A stretch of 64,000 nt of DNA, taken from IMG/VR virus record IMGVR_UViG_3300021399_000100, one strand, 5' to 3'. Below the pieces are notes generated by a model. It saw nothing but the letters and a program-made list of their open reading frames with translations, did no database searches and was not told the DNA's origin. Positions 58,939 through 64,000 of this stretch are shown one piece after another. A program made the position numbers and the translations under genes. This stretch comes from a virus. Taxonomy: Duplodnaviria; Caudoviricetes. The number at the start of each line of letters is the position of its first letter. Positions within the stretch are counted from its first letter, which is position 1.

Positions 58939-58970
58939 TTTGTATACGTGTAAAAATTATAGTAATTTTA
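58939..58970 (+). promoter_or_regulatory. Bacteroidota-type early promoter
   Basis: TTTG-N20-TAATTTTA. Confidence 0.6.
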
Positions 58971-59005
58971 CATCAAGAATTACGGAACAATTAAAACATG
59001 CAATT

Positions 59006-59392
59006 ATGAAACGGATTATAGTGTTGTTAGCTAGCCTTCTTATTTATATGGCTAGTTTTAGTCAGGTAGTTGTGTTGCACACCGTTGCGGCCGCTGATGG
59101 AACCTTAGATAAGAATGCTAGATATGCATTCTGTGGGTATGCCAGAGACAGCGCAAAAGTATATATCAATATGAACGATAGCACTGTGAGCTTCGGAGAT
59201 AATAAATTTATGATCATGTCTAATCCGAAGGTATGGGACATACAGCGCACATATAAGTACTGTACGTTCTGGGGTTATGACTCAGATTATCATAAAGTAT
59301 ATATCAAGTTATTTCGTTACGACGGCTCAACGCGCAGTAAGATTTGTGTGTTCAGCAAAGACAAAGCATGGAGATTCATAGGTAACGAATAG
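59006..59392 (+). CDS. hypothetical secreted protein
   Basis: Signal peptide MKRIIVLLASLLIYMASFS|Q (Bacteroidota-style Gln at +1). Confidence 0.7.
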   Translation: MKRIIVLLASLLIYMASFSQVVVLHTVAAADGTLDKNARYAFCGYARDSAKVYINMNDSTVSFGDNKFMIMSNPKVWDIQRTYKYCTFWGYDSDYHKVYIKLFRYDGSTRSKICVFSKDKAWRFIGNE

Positions 59393-59462
59393 CGATATAT
59401 TCTAGTAACTTGAATTTGCTATGTTATCTCGCGTATAAACACATATTACGTAAACTACGAAG

Positions 59463-59502
59463 AAGATATCTATTTAGAAAAGATATCGCGTTAAATCGCA
59501 TT
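59463..59502. repeat. dispersed intergenic repeat, copy 2
   Basis: Reverse complement 38/40 identical to 12804-12843. Confidence 0.85.
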
Positions 59503-59545
59503 AAAAATAAAAAAGAGAATCTGCATGAGATTCTCTTTTGTTATA

Positions 59546-59887
59546 TTATATGTTTGCCATCTTATTGAAAAACGGATTATCTTTCATATTGGCTATCACG
59601 TTTTCATATTTATGACATAGCTTTCTGAACATCTCGAGTATGTTTATGCCATTTTCATGAAAATCGAACCATTCTCCACTAGTTCTGAACTGCATCAGTT
59701 CACGGTGGAGCATCTTCTCTATATAATAGGGATGCTCCGATTCATGACTTCCTACCAGATGAAGGCAGCATCCGTTGCCTACTTGGAGTTGTTTAAGACG
59801 TTTGTCTATATCGTTTTTCGTAACTCCTATCTTATACTGGTCCGTCGTCGGATTGCATATAAGATACACATATGCTTTATTACTCAT
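59546..59887 (-). CDS. GIY-YIG-like (T5orf172/MUG113) domain protein
   Basis: YVYLI...YKIGVT...RLKQLQ.GN...IEKMLH...GEWF. Confidence 0.85.
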   Translation of the reverse strand: MSNKAYVYLICNPTTDQYKIGVTKNDIDKRLKQLQVGNGCCLHLVGSHESEHPYYIEKMLHRELMQFRTSGEWFDFHENGINILEMFRKLCHKYENVIANMKDNPFFNKMANI

Positions 59888-59939
59888 GCTCGAGAATTTT
59901 ATTGGTTTCTGATAATTACATATTATTTACTATATCTAA

Positions 59940-61088
59940 TTATGCATTACCATTACCAGAATCATCGTCGTTTAAGAGGCTGAGGATATCTGTAAGTTCT
60001 TCTTCGTCTAACTCATCAACATCTTCTGTGTGGAGATAATCAGAAAGGTCCATACTACCTAAATCAACCACACCGTTTGTTGGTGTATGTGCTGTATTGT
60101 CCAAAATAATAGTCTTAACAACTGCACTATCATTTGCTTTACTTGCTATAGCAGAGGATAATTGAAGATCTTCGCTTGATCTATTACTAGTCTCTTGATT
60201 TATTAGAGATACTAGTTCTGTACGGAGGACAGTATCTGCATTTTGTCTGGCAGTAGCTTCCTGCGTGGTCTTTTCTGTAATGCTACTCTGCGCATCTTCT
60301 AGTCCTTCTTGTACAGATGCTATATCGCCCTGAGCAGTTGCTAAATCACTTTGTATCGTTGTGATATTGTCTTGCGCAGTTGCTAAACCACTTTGTATCG
60401 TTGTGATATTGCCTTGTGCAGTTGTCAGATCACTTTGTACAGTTGCGATATTACCCTGTGCAGTTGTCAAATCACTTTGTACAGTTGATATACTTGACTT
60501 TGCATCAGTGATATCGTTCTGTGCTGCCAATATATCGTCTTGCATGCCGCTGACGCTGTCCTGGACAGTAGCAAGGTCGCTTTGTACGTCGGTTACATTA
60601 TTCTGAACAGTTGTCAAACCATTTTGTACGCCAGTCACATTATTCTGAACAGTTGCCAAACTATTCTGTACGCCTGATACATTATTCTGTACAGTTACTA
60701 AATCATCTTGCACCTCTGCAACATCACTTTCGATATTGTCTACTCTACCATCTAATGTTTCTATTGCTTGATGGATCTCTGTATCTGATGCCACACGGCT
60801 AGTCTTCTCTTGAGATACCAGAGTTCTGATCAGATCGCGTAGTTCAGTATCGGCTGCAATTCTATTAGCTATCTCGTCGTTAAGTCCGTCTATGCTAGTT
60901 CCTCCTTCATTATCTCCGATAGGAACCCACTTCTTAGTATTATCTTTCAGTACATTTATAAAAAGATATATGCTATTTCCATTGGAGCTAATCTTGATAG
61001 TATTCGCAGGATACCTAGAGGCTTCTAGATACTCTCCTGGATTCTCAATTACGATAAGAGCAGGGTGTAGTGCGTTCAGTTTACTCAT
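59940..61088 (-). CDS. heptad-repeat coiled-coil fibre protein
   Basis: 14-aa repeats TVQSDLTTAQGNI; E...R...D..L repeats; PTNGVVDLG. Confidence 0.7.
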   Translation of the reverse strand: MSKLNALHPALIVIENPGEYLEASRYPANTIKISSNGNSIYLFINVLKDNTKKWVPIGDNEGGTSIDGLNDEIANRIAADTELRDLIRTLVSQEKTSRVASDTEIHQAIETLDGRVDNIESDVAEVQDDLVTVQNNVSGVQNSLATVQNNVTGVQNGLTTVQNNVTDVQSDLATVQDSVSGMQDDILAAQNDITDAKSSISTVQSDLTTAQGNIATVQSDLTTAQGNITTIQSGLATAQDNITTIQSDLATAQGDIASVQEGLEDAQSSITEKTTQEATARQNADTVLRTELVSLINQETSNRSSEDLQLSSAIASKANDSAVVKTIILDNTAHTPTNGVVDLGSMDLSDYLHTEDVDELDEEELTDILSLLNDDDSGNGNA

Positions 61089-61125
61089 AATTCATATCAA
61101 CTAGTGCTATATATAATTTACTATA

Positions 61126-63912
61126 TTATTTTGGATTTGTCACAAATGTTATACCAATAGTCAGATCTAAATTATTTATGTATGACCCTACACATGCATA
61201 TATCTTAACAGAGCTACTCATAGGGGCAGATAATGTTATCAACTGCGGAGATTTAGTTGTATCAATAGGAGCTACGAATACAGTGATCGGTATATCTATA
61301 TGGCTTTCGTCAGCAAATGCTAATGTAGAACCTTCATTGAATAACAGTTTATCTGCATCCGATTTCATAATAGTTGCAAAACATATGTCCGTGCTGCCGC
61401 TCTGACGATACTTACTATGAGATGCACTATCTATAACTGTAGATATATTATTCGATGATGTAATAGGACTGCTCAGCGCTATTTTCATAGCCTGATTGTT
61501 GCCCTGTGTTGCTGTAGTACATACTTCATTATGTCTATATGTAGTTACATCTCCATCAGTTTCAGCCTCAGTATACATATACGTGTCAGTTTTAGTGACT
61601 CTAGAGAATCTGACATATTTCGACTTCGCAGATATGCGTAATGTATATTTGACTACACCTATATAATCAGTATTAGACATATCTGATGCATTAATAGTGA
61701 CGCCATTAATTTTTTTCAGCATCTCCATATATGTTATAGTGTTCACTGTATTGTTAGTTCCTTCTTGGATACTCTGTACGTTTCCGTCAGGGTCTATTAT
61801 AGTGAACTCAAAGTTATTTATATCTACAGCATTGAATGCATCATTCAATTGTTGTCCTACAGTGGCTATGTCTTTTAACTTTTCATATAATGATATAGGA
61901 GCCTGTTCTTCGGTCACCCATCCTGAAGCTATCTGATCCGCTGTATGAGCAAAATATTTTTCACCAGCAGTAAACGAATCAGCTATATGACGATAAACGC
62001 CGTTAGTAGCTAGCGTATTGTTGACAGATGCCTTGACTTGATCTGCTTGGTTGATATTTTGAAGGGCCTTTGTAGATGATCTCTCTAAAGTAGCATCCCA
62101 TGGTACTATTATATCACTGCTCCAACCAGATTTCTTAGGATTCTCCGGATAGCCTGCTTCAAATACATATCTGTAATTGATAACAGTATTATACCTAGTC
62201 TCTATAGGAATGACGATAGATGTCTGATCTATTGTATTAGGGTCCCATCGATATGTTCCTGATGTTTCATCTAGAGTACGTGCTCTGAGGTATAGCGGTG
62301 CATATTTCCATGCATTGAAAGGAACATTAGTTCCATCCAGGTCGTAATATTCTTTCTTCTGAATATCAGTATCGTTTCCGATGAATCTGTATCTAACTTC
62401 TACACCTATACATTCGAACCCCGTCGCTGCAGTAGATAGCTTCACTATACCGTGAATTTCATATTTAGATTCGAGTGCATTAGAGCTCAGCTCGTCAGAA
62501 ATATTGAAAACCAACGTATTGAATTCATTCTGCGCGTCCTCTAATGATTGTGTCACTTGAGACAATTCGTTCTGTGCAGCAGAACCTGTAGATGTTCCTG
62601 ACGATATGATGTTACGCAAGACGTTGATTCTATCTCTATAGTATTCGATAGAGTTCTCTACAGATTTCTTTTGTGACTCTAGCTGTGCAATCTTGTTATA
62701 GCTAGATGAAGATATGTCTTTAGATACATCTACAATAGAGAATGATATGTTTTTAGAATCTACCGGAGTAGATAACGATGTACTATTGAGATTAGCATCA
62801 TCCCAATCATCTCGCGTCTTATATGTATCTTTTCGGAATTTGTCAATGTATTTGCCTAGATCAAGAATATCTTTGATATCACTATCTATAGTCCCATTAA
62901 CATATATGCATTCACCTTCTTCATGTCTGTACCCTGATTTAGTTACGAGGGTAGGGTATATCCAATATTGATATCTGCTAGACACTGGAAACTTTACAAT
63001 AGCAGATTCTTTATTTTCATCAACATAAGGAAACAATCTAGAACCTACAGTAACTGGTTGATAACCATCAACATAACTTATTTTGATAAAGGATTTAGTC
63101 TTATCAATAATATCTACGCGGATTCTTGTATCATGGTACCCACTACTGTTATACAATGTCAGAATGTCTCCTTGACTGATAGGATATATAGACCCTTCTT
63201 TGCCTCTGAAAGCAATATCTGAAACGTAATATATTTTCTTATGTTCTACATTTTCATTAGCATCAACTGACTCTGTATCAACTGCGCGTAATACATAGAT
63301 ACCTCCGTACGCCGTCATATCTGTTGGCTCAGTTCTCATGACGCGAGTAAAGTTTCTGTATTCTTTGATGCTTCCATGCTCTACCATTTCATCAAAGACA
63401 TTCTTCATTGCAGAGCTTGGTATGTTATATTTTGAGCTGACACCAAGAATATCACTTCCATGATAAGCAAATACCTTGAGTTCAACAGTGTCTTCATTAT
63501 TATATAATACAACAGGGATGTCCACAGTAACATCAGTCTCCATCATATTTATAATGGAATCTGATTTCCTTCTAGTATTAGAAACTCCTGGAACTTTTGA
63601 CGTGGCCATAGGTATATCAAGCTTATTGATATATAGCTTTCTATAAGACCCGTCAGCCATTCTGACGATACTGTTTCCTGTAGCATTAGTCAACATAGAT
63701 ATAGTAGAGTCTATGCGATCAACACGAGACTTCATATATCCTAGGCAAGGAATCTCTATGTCCCTTGCTTCTCCATTCTCTAAATATATCTGTGTTTTAA
63801 CAGAAGGCTGATTAGAAAATATGGCTTCGTGTAATGCAGCATACATGCGCATATTGTTTGCAGTGACTTTCACTACATCGTTGAGAACACCACCAACACT
63901 ATTTTGAATCAT
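61126..63912 (-). CDS. large hypothetical virion protein
   Basis: 928-aa ORF with a central coiled coil and EAGYPENPKKSGWS motif. Confidence 0.65.
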   Translation of the reverse strand: MIQNSVGGVLNDVVKVTANNMRMYAALHEAIFSNQPSVKTQIYLENGEARDIEIPCLGYMKSRVDRIDSTISMLTNATGNSIVRMADGSYRKLYINKLDIPMATSKVPGVSNTRRKSDSIINMMETDVTVDIPVVLYNNEDTVELKVFAYHGSDILGVSSKYNIPSSAMKNVFDEMVEHGSIKEYRNFTRVMRTEPTDMTAYGGIYVLRAVDTESVDANENVEHKKIYYVSDIAFRGKEGSIYPISQGDILTLYNSSGYHDTRIRVDIIDKTKSFIKISYVDGYQPVTVGSRLFPYVDENKESAIVKFPVSSRYQYWIYPTLVTKSGYRHEEGECIYVNGTIDSDIKDILDLGKYIDKFRKDTYKTRDDWDDANLNSTSLSTPVDSKNISFSIVDVSKDISSSSYNKIAQLESQKKSVENSIEYYRDRINVLRNIISSGTSTGSAAQNELSQVTQSLEDAQNEFNTLVFNISDELSSNALESKYEIHGIVKLSTAATGFECIGVEVRYRFIGNDTDIQKKEYYDLDGTNVPFNAWKYAPLYLRARTLDETSGTYRWDPNTIDQTSIVIPIETRYNTVINYRYVFEAGYPENPKKSGWSSDIIVPWDATLERSSTKALQNINQADQVKASVNNTLATNGVYRHIADSFTAGEKYFAHTADQIASGWVTEEQAPISLYEKLKDIATVGQQLNDAFNAVDINNFEFTIIDPDGNVQSIQEGTNNTVNTITYMEMLKKINGVTINASDMSNTDYIGVVKYTLRISAKSKYVRFSRVTKTDTYMYTEAETDGDVTTYRHNEVCTTATQGNNQAMKIALSSPITSSNNISTVIDSASHSKYRQSGSTDICFATIMKSDADKLLFNEGSTLAFADESHIDIPITVFVAPIDTTKSPQLITLSAPMSSSVKIYACVGSYINNLDLTIGITFVTNPK

Positions 63913-63941
63913 AACGTATCAACTTAACATATATATATTAA

Positions 63942-63973
63942 AATAGGCAGTGAGCAGAAACCCACTGCCTATT
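63942..63973. terminator. hairpin/terminator
   Basis: AATAGGCAGTG...CACTGCCTATT. Confidence 0.55.
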
Positions 63974-64000
63974 ATATTTAACGCTTTTATATTACTCTGC

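Noticed and set aside
60300-60720. 21/42-nt tandem repeats as a non-coding element
   Set aside because: Explained by heptad coiled-coil coding
1-64000. Amber (TAG to Gln) recoding as in Lak or some crAss-like phages
   Set aside because: Long genes are intact in code 11 and several end at TAG right before the next gene or a terminator (e.g. 32275, 50627, 55630)

Overview
This 64-kb window is a segment of a large T4-like (jumbo) myophage genome. It uses the standard genetic code and most likely infects Bacteroidota, judged from the TTTG-N20-TAnnTTTA promoters, DUF285/BspA-type proteins and a GH19 lysin. From left to right: a truncated virion gene, MazG and a clamp loader; a ~5.6-kb tRNA/ncRNA island (4.6-10.2 kb); a large tail-fibre module (12.9-22.7 kb); a DNA-metabolism block (ATP-dependent ligase, DHH phosphoesterase, P-loop kinase); and a long late region with tape-measure-like, neck gp13/gp14-like, spanin-like and endolysin genes plus a DUF285 triplet. 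The most unusual biology is in the RNA island. (1) A tRNA-Thr(UGU) is split at 36/37 by a 467-nt insert that is almost entirely an I-Ssp6803I-like PD-(D/E)XK endonuclease ORF. It has no room for a ribozyme core outside the ORF, and its 3' end base-pairs with the anticodon. (2) A conserved 271-aa protein gene is followed directly by a ~330-nt structured RNA with a circularly permuted tRNA domain and AGC-core hexamer repeats. (3) Two tandem tRNA-like units have cross-complementary (swapped) anticodon strands. (4) Two tRNA-like genes have expanded anticodon loops. All product calls come from recognising motifs by eye; no database searches were run.
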